Origin: Mobula hypostoma
Taxonomy: Eukaryota
Length of the DNA: 64,000 nt
Assembly (NCBI RefSeq): GCF_963921235.1
Contig: NC_086108.1
Coordinates: 99,760,001 to 99,824,000, forward strand
Direction of reading: 5' to 3'
Shown here: positions 25,230-38,164 of the stretch, one piece after another
Layout of the letters: the number at the start of each line of letters is the position of its first letter
How positions within the stretch are numbered: position 1 is the first letter of the stretch
Position numbers and translations under genes: made by a program
The notes under the pieces: model-generated
Database searches by the model: none
Seen by the model: only the letters and a program-made list of their open reading frames with translations
What the model was told of the DNA's origin: nothing

Positions 25230-26107
25230 GTAAGTGTGATCTCGCAATAACATTGACAGATAAAAATCAGGGTGAGGTTTCTGCCTGTGCGATAACTTGT
25301 TTTTTGTTTTTATTGTGTTTTCTTTGGATATTGAAGTTTTGTGAGTATCGTGGATTGTCTTGCCAGGAATGTCAGTGGGAATGACTTCCAGATGTACAGT
25401 CCATTCGAGGCTGGCACACAGCAAAAGGCCAAAAAGGGAGAAGAGAAAAAAAACAGCAGGAGCAAAGCAAATTAAAGAAACACAGAATAGTTGTATTTAT
25501 TCATCCAGGAAAGCTGTTGAGATTTTTTAGCTGGTCAGGCATTCCCATGGACCCCTTAAATGGGCCCTGCTTGTGAAGCCTACAGTTTAAAACTACAGAA
25601 TATCCTGTTTTCATTTCACTCTGATCAGCTGATTGGCTAATATGCTTGAACTTCCTGTCAAAACAAATAAACGTCTCGTATGGGTTTCCCCCTTTCCTTC
25701 CCTTTTAAGTGTGTGCGGTCAGATTCTCTGGTAGTTTTGAGTGACAACATCAACACTGATCATTGTCCAGACTTGCCATAGTCATTCTTCCCTGTTTTCC
25801 CGCACACACACTCACAGACATACACAGGGCACACCACTGCCACCTCTCCTCCCCCCCACCCCCCATCAGTTATGAAAACACTGCTGATTTACTGGAAATG
25901 TGACTTCAACTTCTGTTTCTGGAGTGAGAACTAGTTCAATTCAGTTTACAACGGAGAAAGTGGGGAGGAGAGCAAGCAGATCGCTCCTCTGCCCTCTGAG
26001 GTACGACAGGTCTTTCAAGAACCTGAGAAGAAAGTGACTAGCGTCAAAGGGTGGAGAAGAGGAGTGGAGTGGAGAGAGCCTGTAGCAACAGCCCTGTGGC
26101 ACCAGCC
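25230..26107 (+). promoter_or_regulatory. Candidate promoter / 5' region in a repeat-free island
   Basis: CArG CCTTAAATGG 25554-25563, CAGCTG plus ATTGG 25626-25636, ETS ACTTCCTG 25650-25657, NF-kB-like GGGTTTCCCC 25682-25691, and GATA motifs near 25258 and 25291. Confidence 0.4.
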
Positions 26108-26117
26108 ATGACTCCAG
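26108..26117 (+). CDS. Candidate first coding exon (M-T-P, phase-1 donor) of an unidentified gene
   Basis: GCAccaGCCATGACTCCAG|GTAACC: Kozak-like ATG followed at once by a CAG|GTAA donor. No matching downstream exon identified. Confidence 0.3.
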
Positions 26118-26389
26118 GTAACCCTGCATTGTTAACTAACAGCATGCTCGTTGCTCTTGTTTACTCTCAGAGAGAGGATGTCTGAATTCTTAAAGCAGAC
26201 AAGCAGTGGTCCCCTGTCAACTTAACCTACCCTGCGATGGGTTCTCAGGAGAAGCTAAATTTGGGCTTTTCTCTTCAGAGCGAAGGCAGAGGAAAAGGAT
26301 TTGACAGAGGCGTACAGGATGATAAGAGTCATAGGTCGAGTGGACAGCTTTCACCTTTCTCCCCCCGCAGCAGAAATGGCTATTATGAG

Positions 26390-26665
26390 GTGGCATAGTA
26401 GCATAGTGGTGAGCACAATGTATAACAGTGCAGGCAAACTGGGTTCAATTCCCACTGCTGCCTGTAAGGAGTTCGTTCGTTCTCCATGTAGCTGAGTGGG
26501 TTTCCTCCGATTGCTGTGGTTTCCTCCCACAGTCCAAAGATCTACTGGTTGATAGTTTAATTGGTTATTGTAAATTGTCTCGTGATTAAGCTCAGGCTGT
26601 AATTGTGGGTTTGCTGGGCTGCATGGCTTGAAAGCCCTGCTCCATGCTGTATCTCAGTAAAGGAA
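26390..26665 (+). mobile_element. tRNA-derived V-SINE/HE1-like SINE nested in an old CR1 3' fragment
   Basis: A-box-like TAGCATAGTGG, B-box GGTTCAATTCC, and body GGGTTTCCTCC...GGTTTCCTCCCACAGTCCAAAGA. Confidence 0.8.
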
Positions 26666-28179
26666 GAAAGAAAGAAAGAAAGAAAGGAATTTAAGATTAT
26701 TGAGGAATGTATAGGGAGGGAAGTCAGAGGTTATTTTTTTCCACAATGATAGGTGAATGGATTGCACTGCCTGGGGTAGTGGTAGTGACAGGTACATTAG
26801 AGACATTTAAGAGACTTTAAGACAGACTTTTAGCTTGGAGCGCTATGTGGGAGGGAAGCACTGGGCTGATCCTGGAGTAGGTTCAATGGTTGGCCTGGAT
26901 TGTCAGCGCTGGAATGTGTGGCGCACTTGCAAGCTGCCCCAATCACATCCCTACGTTGTGCTGGTTGTTACTGCAAGCGAGACACTTCAGTGTATGTTTC
27001 CATGCACATGTGATAGATTAATTTGAATCTGAATCAGTACTGTTCTGTGTTCTATGGTCTAATGGGTCAAAAAGCAGCTGGAGCGACAGTGGTGGTCCCG
27101 TGCCAGTGAGAGAGCGAATCAGCTGTTTATTACCCTGCCCTCCCCCCAACAGGCAAAGAGCTTTCAACCTGGGGAATTCACTCCCCAGAATCCTCCCCTC
27201 TTGGACTCGAGGTCTCTGGCTGTGCCCATTGCCCACCATTGCTTGACCTCCTTTATGTGGTCGTGTAGTTTTTAATCTGTTGGACCAGATGTCTAGGAAT
27301 CACATCGGGACATTTAGCTGGGGTGAGGGGTGTAGATAGGGGAAAGTATGCCAGCTTTTTCTTTGACATGCTGGGTCAGACTAGGACTAGAAGTCAAGTT
27401 TAGGGTGAAAGGTGAAATTTTCACAGAGAATCTGAGGGAAAACTTCTTCACTCAGAGGGTGGTGTGAGTGTGGCATGAGCTGCCAAATTAAATTGTAACA
27501 TTTAAGAGAAGTTTGAGTAGGTATGTGGACGGGAGGTGCTTGGAGGTCGATGGGATTAGGCAAGGTGATTGGGACGGCAGGGCCTGTTTCTGTTCTGTAG
27601 TACTCTATGACTTCATTAAGGTGCTATAAAAATGCAATTTGTTATTGTTGTACAAACTAAACTAAACAGTAACAAGCTGGAGAAATGGAGGAAGGAATTG
27701 GTAATGAGAGCAAATGGAATGAACTGGAACTAGACATTGAAGGAGGGCACTTCTGGAAATATTTTTGGCCATGAAACTGAAGGTTAACTCAGAATGACAC
27801 AGCAGATATATAAAGCTGTACAACAGCACATTGTGAGGGGGCATGCCAGAAACCCGTGTCTGTTCTCCATGAAGAGTCATTAAAAACAAATGGTCATCAT
27901 CTGGCAGAGTGGGAGGGGGGTCAGAACGATCTTGTTACAGGTAATGTGGTCTCAGAACATTTTAGAAAGAGGTCTCCCTCAACGATTATTGCCAAACACA
28001 GGATGTTGAATTGGCACACTGAATTTCAGCAGATTTTTCCACCCCTCCTCCCAGCACCCCACACTTCACAGTCTCATTCTTAAACAGTGTATTATCATTT
28101 CACAATTCAAATCATTTTGTACATTATTTGGAATGCACAACTACTAGTCATTGGCTCTTGCAAAACGTGAAAAAATAGA

Positions 28180-28480
28180 TGAAAGACTGGCTTTATTTGT
28201 CACTTGTACATTGAAACACAGTGTGAAAAGTGTCATTTGCATTAGTGGTCAACACTGTACAAGGATGCGCTGTCCACAGCCTGCAAGTGTTGCCAACGTA
28301 GCGTGCCGACAACTTATTAATGCTTAGTAACCCGTACGTCTTTGGAGGAAACCAGAGCACCGGTGGAAACCCACGAGATCATGGGGAGAATGTACGAACT
28401 CCTTACAGACTGTGGTGGAATTGAACCCACGACCCTGGCACTGTAGAAGCATTATGCTAGCCACGACACTACCGTCCCAC
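28180..28480 (-). mobile_element. tRNA-derived V-SINE-like SINE
   Basis: GGAAACCAGAGCACCGGTGGAAACCCACG...GGAATTGAACCC is the reverse complement of the SINE body and B-box. Confidence 0.75.
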
Positions 28481-29087
28481 CCATGGTAAGCCTACGTATA
28501 ATCTATGGAGTAATATAATGCTGATATAATGCTAAGTGGCTGTGATGCTGCTGTAAGCAAGTTTTTCAATGCACCCATGTGAACATGTACAATAAACTTC
28601 ACTCAGGTTTTGGGTCTATCAACTATGCAAGAGATTATGATCCATGGTTCCTCTTTCGCTCCCTCCCTCCCTCATCCTTTATGCTTCCTGTTTACTCATC
28701 TTTTACTTAAATGAAAGAATTTCCTTTGCTTAACAGTTTCCTGTGATAACAAATTCCACGGGCTTTGGTTAGTGAAGTAACTTCCAAAATCTTGTATAAG
28801 TACCATCCAGATCTAGTATCACTTGCAAATAGAATTGTATGTCTACCCCATCGAGCCCCTTCAGAATCAGTTCTTCATCTTCAGGCCCAGCCCGTTTCAT
28901 CTTTTCTGATGGTATAAACATTCAGCTCCAGAGCCAAAGTCAAGTTTGTTATCGTATGCACAGGTGCAGTGAGAAACCTATTTGCAGCAATAGCTCAGGC
29001 ACAGGTAATTAGGGACACAAATATCAAAGAAAAATCTTAACTTGTACAATAATGCAACGAGATTAAAAGAAAATTAGATCAACAAAG

Positions 29088-29525
29088 ATCCTCCTGAAGG
29101 TTCTTGGTCTGAAATATTGACTTCTCATTGTTCTCCATAGGCCTGACCTTCTGAGTTTCTTCAGTGCTTTGTGTGCGTTAACTCAGATTTCCAGCATCGG
29201 ACATCTCTCTCGTGTCTCGAAAAAAAAAAGCGTATACAAGTTATCTTTTAGCTGGGTTTAGAGAAGGAAATAATGGTTTATAGAGCTGTAGATTCCGAGA
29301 CTCATAAAGCGTAATAACAGGCTCTTCAGCTCAACTGGTCCATGCCCACCTAAGCTTTACCCATAAACACATGAGGGTCTGCAGATGCTGGAAATGCAAT
29401 GCAACACACACAAAATGCGGGAGGAACTCAGCAGGTCAGGCAGCACCTATGGAAATGCAGAAACAGTCGACATTTCAGGCCAAGGCCCTTCTTCAGGACC
29501 GGAAAAGAAGGGGGAAGATGCCAGA
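29088..29525. mobile_element. Two opposed Penelope-derived terminal elements (29088-29215 +, 29375-29525 -)
   Basis: The minus copy reads GGTC-CTGAAGA-AGGGCCTTGGCCT-GAAATGTC-GACTG, a largely intact hammerhead core. Confidence 0.75.
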
Positions 29526-29885
29526 AACATTACCCATGTTTGGTTCATATCCCTCAAGGACTTTCCTATCCATGTCCCCATCCAAATACCTTTCTTTGAG
29601 CAATGATGTAGCAAAGCATTAGTGCATAGAAAGCAGTGTTTCGGTGAATCTGAGGGCCTTTGAAATCCACAGTCACAGTGACAGGTAATTCAGTAAGCTT
29701 TTTGAAACTTAGAGTAATTTTTTTTATGTATTGCACTGTACTGCTGCTGCAAAACAACACATTTCGCAACCTATGTCAGAGATAATCAATCCGATTCTGA
29801 TCGCGAACCTGTCAGCGTCTTTATATTCATATAGTCCCTGTCAGGCCTGAACCTGAGGCATCATGGTGGAATCATCTTACTTATA

Positions 29886-30410
29886 CATTCAGTGTCCACT
29901 GTTTTAGGTCCAGGATTAGAACCTGGCATGGTCTTCTGTTGCTGCAGCCCATCTATGTCAAGGTTCAGCATATTGTGTGCTCTTCTGACACTACTGTTGT
30001 AATGCATGGTTATTTGAGTTACTGCCACCTTCCTGTCAGCTTGAAGCAGTCGGGTCATTCTTCTCTGACCACTCTCATGAACAAGATATTTTCACACACA
30101 GAGCTAGCATTCACTGGATGCTTTCTGTTTCTCACACCATTTATTGTAAACTCTGGAGACTGTAGTGCCTGAAACCCCCAGGAAATCAGCAGTTTCTGAG
30201 ATACTCAAACCAGCCTGACTGGCATCAACAATCATATCACAGTTAAACCACTTGGATCACATTTCTTCTCCATCCTGATGATTGATCTGAACAACAGCTG
30301 AACCTCTTGACCATGTCTTCATGATTTTACGCATTGAGTTGCTGCTACATGATTGGCTGATTAGACATTTGTATTAACGAGTAGGTGTACAGGTTTACTG
30401 ATATAGTGTA
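29886..30410 (-). mobile_element. Tc1-like internally deleted element
   Basis: Homologous to 35160-35513 and 51467-51995; remnant RLLQADRKVAVTQIT. Confidence 0.7.
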
Positions 30411-30754
30411 TACCGTGGTAAATGCAGCACTCAACTGACCCATCTAATCAAGGTCTGACGAGGCAGCAATTGAAGGATCACCTTACTCTCTTCCTGCAGC
30501 TTCCTCATTAACAATCCATTCCTTCCTTGAACGGTATTTTGGGTGAGATGTCCAGAGCTGCACCCTCTGGGATGTGATTAAGCTAAGGAGAAGGCAGAAA
30601 AGATTTACTGCGATGCCGCCTGGATTGTAGGCCTTGTGTTTGCTGTTGCATGCTCTTCCTAAAATCAAATTGTTACGTAGTGCACTGAGATCAAACAAGA
30701 TAAAACAATAACAATAACAGAATAAACTGTAATTGTGGGGTTCATCTACCTTAT

Positions 30755-31140
30755 TGTATTCATTTGTTATGTGCCCTGTTGTATGACATGGGTGATCATG
30801 GTCTTTCTATGACCATGGATGTTCTTGGCAATTTTTTTTAACAGAAGTGGCTTGTTATTGCCTTCTTTTGAGCAGTGTCTTTACAAAACAGGTAACCTCA
30901 GCCATTATTAATACTCTTCAGAGATTGTCTACCTGACATCAGTGGTCGCATAGCCAGGACTTGTGATGTGCACCAGCTGCTCATAAGACCATCCACCGCC
31001 TGTTCCCATGGTTTCACGTGACCCTGATCGGGGGGATAAGCAGGTGCTACACCTTGCCCAAGGGTGACCTGCAGGCTAGTGGAAGGAAGGAGCACCTTGC
31101 ACCTACCTTGGGAGAGACGTAGCTCCATCCCACCACCCAC
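30755..31140 (-). mobile_element. RTE-related SINE / non-autonomous element
   Basis: Minus strand contains GAAGGCAATAACAAGCCACTTCTG...TTGCCAAGAAC, resembling the RTE/Bov-A motif. Second copy at 36140-37066. Confidence 0.65.
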
Positions 31141-31489
31141 TTATTTTACTAGGGAAACATTTAATAGTCTTATAACTGTGGGCTAGCAGTTGAGCCTTGT
31201 GGTTCGTGCTTTCAGCTGTGGTGTCTTTTGCTCATGGGCTGAGGGGGAAAAGAGAGAATTTCCAGGGTAGGTGTTTATGATTATGCTGGCTGCTTTACTG
31301 AGGCAGTGAAGATCTGCCAGTAGAGATGATAAAGGAAGGAGCAGTAACAACATTTAAGAAGCATCTGTACAGGGTACCTGATGAGCAAGGCCTAGTGGAA
31401 CTAATGCAGCACATGCGATCAGTATAGATAGGCATGATAGGTGGCAGGCCCGGGGTATGCTGATAGGCCTGTTTCTGTGCTGATTCCAA

Positions 31490-32145
31490 AGCAACACAAG
31501 CAAAATGCTGGAGGAACTCAGCATGTCAGGAAGCATCTATGGAAATGAATAAACAGTTAACGTTTTGGGCCGAATTCCTTCTTCAGGACGGAAAAGAAAG
31601 GGGGAAGACACCAGAATAAAAAATTGGGGGTAGGGGAAGGAGGAAAGCAAGCAAACGATAAGTGAAGCAGGTGGGTGGGAGAGGTAAAGGGCTGGAGAAG
31701 AAGGAATCTGATAGGAGAACTGAATGGAGCATGGGAGAAAGGGAAGGAAGAGGGGACCCAGGGGAATTGATGGGGAGGTAAGAAGAGATGAAAGACCAGA
31801 ATGGGGAAAAGAAGAAGAGGGAAGGAGGAGGGGAAAGATTTTTTTTTGCTGGAATGGAAATCAATATTCATGTTATCAGGTTGGAATTCATGCTACCCAG
31901 ATGGAATATGTTGCTCCTCCACCTTAAAGGTGGCCTTATCTTGGCAGAAGAGGAGGTCATGGACCTACATGGCAGAATGGGATTGGGAATTAAAATACTT
32001 TGCCACCCAGAAGTCCTGCTTGTGATGGATGGATGCAGCAGTTTTGCTCAATTAAGTGCCCCCCCCCCCAATTTACGACAAGTCGCACGAATGTAGAGGT
32101 GGCTGCACTGGGAGCACCGGACATTGTAGACAACCCCAGCTGATC
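31490..32145 (-). mobile_element. Degenerate Penelope-like 3' fragment
   Basis: Terminal hammerhead-like motif at 31553-31590 and GIY-YIG remnant at 31860-32140. Confidence 0.75.
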
Positions 32146-32659
32146 CATTGCTGATTCCATGTATTTTTCAGAGGAGGTATCAGAGCAGATCTCTATTCAA
32201 ATGGATATAACGTTATTCTTAGTTCTGGACCAATACCTAAATCCCTGGATACTTTGAAAAACACGCAGGCTTCTGAGAAAGATTGTGAGGCATTTTGATG
32301 TTAGGCAAAAGTACTGAACATTAACCATTTTACTTTAAACTGCTGATATTAGAAACCTGAAATAAAAAAGGAAAATGCCACCCATCCTAGTCTTCTCTCC
32401 CATCAGACCAAAGATACAAAAGATTGAGGGCATGCACCATCAGATTTAAGGAATACTTCTGTCCTTCTGTTATCAAAGCCTTCACTAAGTGATGAATTCT
32501 TTATGTCCCAAACTATCTCATCATGGAACGGAGTCACAAAGCAGAAAAAAGAACTGGCTATTTCTTTTTTGACAGCTGCTGCCTGACCAACTGAGTATGT
32601 CTAGCAATGTACACCACCATGAATACCACTTTATTCTCATTTACTGGTGGACTGAATTC

Positions 32660-33110
32660 TGAGAATGTTGGACTAGAGAGCTTCCCTAATGAGGATAGGT
32701 TGAGTAAGCCAGTGCTTTTTCTTTGGAGCAAAGGAGGATGAAAGGTGACTTGATAGAGGTGTACAAGATGATAAGAGGCACAGATGGAGTGGACAGCCAG
32801 ATGCTTTTTCTCAGGGCAGAAGTGGCTAATACGAGGAGGCATAATTTAAAGGTGATTGTAGAAAACTGTAAAGGGAATGTCAGTGGTAATTATTTTTACA
32901 CAGCGAATGGTGGGTTTGTGGAACTTGCAGTCAGGATTGGTGATAGAGGTAGATATACTAGGGACATGTAAGAGCCACTTGGAAAGCTGATAGAAAAATG
33001 GAGGGTTATGTGTGATGGAAGGATTAGATTGATCTTAGAGTAGGTTAAACATATAGCTTAACATCACGAGCCAAAGAGCTTGTACTATGCTGTTATATTC
33101 TATGTTCTAA
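32660..33110 (+). mobile_element. Old CR1 3' fragment
   Basis: ORF 32723..32971 has LEQRRMKGDLIEVYKMIRG. Confidence 0.8.
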
Positions 33111-33114
33111 GTTA

Positions 33115-34706
33115 CAGTGGTGCTAGTAAGTTTGAGAATTCTCTATAAATTTTTCTACATAAATATGACCTCAAATGTGATCATATCTTCAAATAAGTCC
33201 CAAAACTAGATAAAGAGAACTGAATTAAATAAAAAACACAAAAACATTATACTTGTTCATTTATTTATTGAGAAAAATTATCCAATATTTCATGTTTTTG
33301 TTGGAAAAAGTACGTGAACCTTTGTTTTCAGTAACTGGTGTGACCCCCTTGTACAGCAATAATTTCAACCAAACGTTTTCAGTAACTGCTGATGAATCCT
33401 GCACACTGGCTTGGAGAAATCTTAGACCATTCCTCCTTGCAAAACTGCTTCAACTCTGAGATGCTGGTGCATGAACTGCTTGCTTCCATGAACTCCTTCC
33501 ACAGCATGTCTATAGGATTAAGTTCAGGACTGACTCAGCCATTCCAAAACACAAATTTTCTTCTTTTTAAACCATTCTGTTGTTGATTTACTCTTGTCTT
33601 TCAGATTAAGCAACTTCTATTAAGCTTCAGATGACAAATTGCTACCCTAGCATTCTCCTGTAAAATGTCCTGATACAATTTTGAACTCATTGTTCCCTCA
33701 ACGATTGCAAGCTGTCCAGGCCCTGAGGCAGCAAAGAAGCCCCAAACCAAGATGGTCCTTCCACCATGCTTCACAGTTGGGATGAGATTTTGGTATTGGT
33801 GCGCAGTGCCCTTTCCCCTCCAAACATAGCAATGTGCATTTCCCGTGAAAAGTTCAACTTTTATCTCATCTGTCCACAGAACATTGTCCCAGAAGCATTG
33901 TAGAACATTCAGGTGGTCTTTTGCAAACTTGAGACATGTAGCTACTTTTTTTTTGGAGAGCAGTGGTTTCCTCCATGGTGCTCTTTCATGAACACTGTTC
34001 TTGTTCAGCGTTTTTCTTATAGTGGACACATGAACAGACACTTCAGCAAGTTCTAGAGATTTCTGCAGGTCTTTTGCTTTTTCCTTGGGTTCTTTTTCAT
34101 CTCCTTCAGCATTTTACATTGTGCTCTTGGTGTGATCTTTGCAGGATGCCCACTCCTGGGGAGAGTAGCAACAGTCCTGAGCTCCTGCATTTGGTAGACA
34201 ATTCATCTTACTGTGGACCGATGAATGCTCAGGTTTTTAGAAATGCTTTTGTACCCTTTTCCAGCTCCACACACCCCTACAATTCTTTTTCTAGGATCCT
34301 CTGAAAGTTGTTTGATTGAAGAATGGTGCACATAAACAGATCTTTCTTGAGAAGAGAAGGCTCTATCAGTAACCTGACTTTGTGTGTCTTTTTTATAGGG
34401 CAGAGCACCTTATATGACCCACACCTCCAATCTCATCTCATTGATTGGAACACACGACTCCAAATAGCTTTTGTAGAAGGCATTACCCCAGAGGTTCACA
34501 TACTTTTTCCAACAAATACATGTAATATTGGGTCATTTTTCTCAATAAATAAATGGACAAGTATAATGTTTTTATGTTATTTATTTAATTGGGTTCTCTT
34601 TATCTAGTTTTAGGACTTATGTGAAGATCTGATCACATTTTAGGTTGTTTTTTTATGCAGAAATAGAGAAAATTCTACAGGGTTCATAACCTTTCTAGCA
34701 CCACAG
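33115..34706 (-). mobile_element. Full-length Tc1-family DNA transposon with long (about 210 bp) TIRs, transposase pseudogenised
   Basis: TA|CAGTGGTGCTAG...CTAGCACCACAG|TA. 33115-33320 mirrors 34492-34706. Transposase (about 34324-33328) has RKPLL, VLWTDEIK, TVKHGG and SPELNPIDML. Confidence 0.95.
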
Positions 34707-35159
34707 TATTTTCATTTAGTGATAGACTGAATTCCAGGAATCCTCTGCTTATCTGTAGCTGAGCCTTTTCGAATTGCCAAGTCATGGCATCAGAGATGAC
34801 ACAGCAGAAGAACAGAGACTGGATTTACCTTTGAACAGAGATAAGCCGGATCTTTAACCGTTACTTGTCAGAAATTGCCTAACTGATTTTAGCTTTGTGA
34901 GTTCGGAGAAAGATGATGAAGAAATACAGGCAAGTTTCCTTCTCCACAACTGCTGACTTTGCGTGACGACGTTATAGTGATGCCACCAATTGTTGAATAG
35001 CCTGCCGTGTGGAGATTTCAGTCAAATTTGTCGTCTTATACATAATTATGATGAGGTACAAGTACAAAGAAAAACATTGAGCAATGTCACAGGCTTGTAG
35101 GTTCAGTCTGCACACTGAATATGGATCAACAACCAACGATCAACTTTATATGCCATATG

Positions 35160-35513
35160 CACTCAGTGGCCACTTTATTAGGTACACCAGCGTGTTAATG
35201 CAATTATCCAAGCAGCCAATTGTGTGGCAGCAACCCAATGCATAAAAGCATGCAGACATGGTCATGAAGTTCAGTTGTTGTTCAGGCCAAACTTCAGGTT
35301 GGGGAAGAAATGTGATCTAACTGACTTTGACAGTGGAATGATTTGTTGGTGCCAGACAGGGTGCTTTGAGTACCTTAGAAAATGTTGCCCTCCTGGTATT
35401 TTCCACAGAGTGGCAGTTCTGTGGATGAATACACTTCGTTAATGAGAGAGGACAGAGGAGAATGGCCAGACTGGCAAGCTGAGAGGAGGTGGCTAATAAA
35501 ATGTCACTTAGTG
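35160..35513 (+). mobile_element. Tc1-like MITE
   Basis: Left end CACTCAGTGGCCACTTTATTAGG and right end CTAATAAAATGTCACTTAGTG|TA. Confidence 0.7.
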
Positions 35514-36139
35514 TAGATTTACATGTATTAGGAACTTGTTGTGATGTGTTGATCAATGCAACAAAAAGCAACATTCAACAATTAAAAAGAATAAAGAATT
35601 TACATAAAAATAAAGTTACAAGTATGAATCTTGAATAAAATTAGCATCATTACATCAATATAATGTAAACAACACTATAAAAAGTAGTTTAAGTGTTTAC
35701 AATACAGAATGTGAGTGAGGTCACAGATAGAGTGAGCGGGGGAGGGTTCTAACTAGGACATTAATTCTATAAATTATATGGAATTCTATATAGAAGTATA
35801 CAGAATTCTACAAATATAGATTATGCATAAATTATACAAGATGGTGTTTAAGAGGCTCCTAGGCACATGAATGTGAAAAGAACGGAGAGATAAGGACATT
35901 GTGTGAGCAGAGCAATTATTTCGGCTTGGCATTTAATTACTGTTTAATTAGTTTGGCATAACATTGGGCCGAAGGCCCTGTTTCTGTGTTGCGTTGTTCT
36001 CTGTTCTGCAATGAAGAGAGAGTGGGGGGAGGGAACTGTACAAACACGACATTGTACATGTCCGTGGCCATGCAAGAGGTAGTCAATAGTTAATAAAAGT
36101 GAAGGACTGCAGGAGGGAAGGGTTAGATTAATCTTCATC

Positions 36140-37066
36140 ATGATCATCATCATTATGTGTTGAGACATTTGATGTGAGTGATCATAGTCTTTCATCTGTC
36201 TACTGAACGAGGGATTGTTGCCTGTAGGAAGACCCCCTCATGCTGTTGCTCCATCCATGACCATGATTGTTCTTGGCAAATTTTTCAGCAGATGTGGTTT
36301 GCCATTGCTTTCTCCTGGACAGTGACATTACAAAACAGATGAGCCAAGCCACTGTCAATACCCTTCAGAGATTGTCTGCCTGGTATCAGTGGTTACATAA
36401 CCAGGATTTGTGATTATAGAAACATAGAAACATAGAAAACCTACAGCACAATACAGGCCTTTCGGCCCACAAAGCTGTGCCGAACATGTCCTTACCTTAG
36501 AAATTACCTAGGGTTACCCATTGCTCTCTGTTTTTCTGAGCTCCATGTACCTGTCCAGGAGTCTCTTAAAAGACCCTATCATATCCACCTCCACTACTGT
36601 CACTGGCAGCCCATTCCACACACTCACCTCTCTCTGCATAAAAAACTTTCCCCTGACATCTCCTCTGTATCTACTTCCAAGCACCTGAAAACTGTGCCCT
36701 CTCATGCTAGCTATTTCAGCCCTGGGGAAAACGCCTCTGATTACCCACATGATCAATGCCTCTCATCATCTTAAACACCTCTATTAGGTCACCTCTCATC
36801 CTCTGTCACTCCAAGGAAAAAAGGCCGAGTTCACTCAACCTATTCTCATACGACATGCTCCCCAGTCCAGGTGATATGCGCCAAGTGCTCATACAGCTAT
36901 CCACTACCTGTTCCCATGGCTTCCATAGCCCTGAACCAGGGCAGGATAGGTGTTTTGGGTTGGCTAAGCAGGTGCCACGTCTCGCCTAAGTGTGACCTGC
37001 AGTCTAGTGAAGGGCAAGAGCGCCTTACACATCCTTTGGTAGAGACATATCTCCACCCCGCCACCC
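36140..37066 (-). mobile_element. RTE-related SINE split by a CR1 3' fragment (about 36416-36870, -)
   Basis: Both halves match 30755-31140. GTGAT is repeated on both sides of the CR1 insert; ORF 36514..36756 is a CR1 C-terminus. Confidence 0.75.
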
Positions 37067-37330
37067 TCAGATTAATTTTACAGTAACTTAAAGGTTGGCA
37101 AAAAGACCCTTATGGTGTTCTACTGTTCTATGGTCTTTATTCTGTTGCTGAGGTAGGGTTAGGATTGGTCAGGTCAGTTTGAGAACCTCGTAGTTGCGAG
37201 GAGTTAGCTGTTCCTGAACCTGGTGATGTGGGATTTTAAGTTTATTTATATATGTATACCCTGCCAAATTGTAGTAACAAGAAGTCATGCCTCGCATGGT
37301 GAAGATCCTTAATGATAGACGCCACCTTCT

Positions 37331-37977
37331 TGAGTCAGCGTCTCGTCCAGTGGTGGAGTGGGCTGCACTTGTTATGGAGAGGCTTGTGGCCAGTACCCTC
37401 TTCAGTCCCTTGCGTTTAAGGACTGGCTGTTTAAGGCAACACAGATCACTGTGACTCAGGATTTGGGTGAAGAGGGGAGGAGGGGATGGGTAAAAAAAAG
37501 GCAGGAACATATCGGACAGTTAAACAAGAACAGGGCAGAGAGGCACAGTCACCTGGGTGGTGAATAGAATCTTTTATGGGCTGCACTGTTTACCAGAGAT
37601 TACTTGGCAAAGAGTCCCTGCTGAACTGCTGTTTCACTTTCTTCACGCATGACTCAGCATCTCAGAAAGTTATTTCGCAACATGACGTTTGCCAACTTGT
37701 GCACAGTGCTGTAGCGACAACAACATTCTCTTCTGAAATAAGTGCAGAAAGATCTAGAAGTTGCAGACCAAGCCGCATCTGTGGCTGGGGAATCAGTTAA
37801 TGATCCAGGTCAATGATCTTTCATCAGTCCTGCTTTAAGTTGTAGCTCAGAATCAGTGGAACAAAAAGACCTTAGAGAAGTGCTTTTGTAGCGAGTCATT
37901 AGCACGGCTTTGTAGTGTGGTGTGAGCTTTTCCGAGCTGGCCTCTGGAGCAGACTATCATTGTCTGTCACTGACTCA
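37331..37977. promoter_or_regulatory. Candidate enhancer: AP-1/MARE cluster
   Basis: TGAGTCAGC 37331, TGACTCA 37452, ATGACTCAGCA 37649-37659, TGACTCA 37971, and C/EBP-like ATTTCGCAAC 37672. Confidence 0.4.
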
Positions 37978-38085
37978 TTTAGACGTGATGCTTTAAACAA
38001 AAACAACTGTTACTGAGGCAGTTTGTCTCCATTTTGAACTGCTACAAACAATATTACAAGATATGTCCATGTGAAGCAATCTCTT

Positions 38086-38086
<1 letters not shown>

Positions 38087-38161
<75 letters not shown>

Positions 38162-38164
38162 CAC
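38087..38164. repeat. (CA)n microsatellite
   Basis: About 37 CA units with two CG interruptions. Confidence 0.95.

Noticed and set aside
26390..26460. tRNA gene, here and at the other A/B-box sites
   Set aside because: These are SINE heads followed by the SINE body, with no complete cloverleaf.
30500..30545. Acceptor-like sites at about 30499, 32171, 34758 and 57209 as exon 2 of the MTP gene
   Set aside because: Phase-1 continuations hit early stops or give unrecognisable peptides, and donors are weak.
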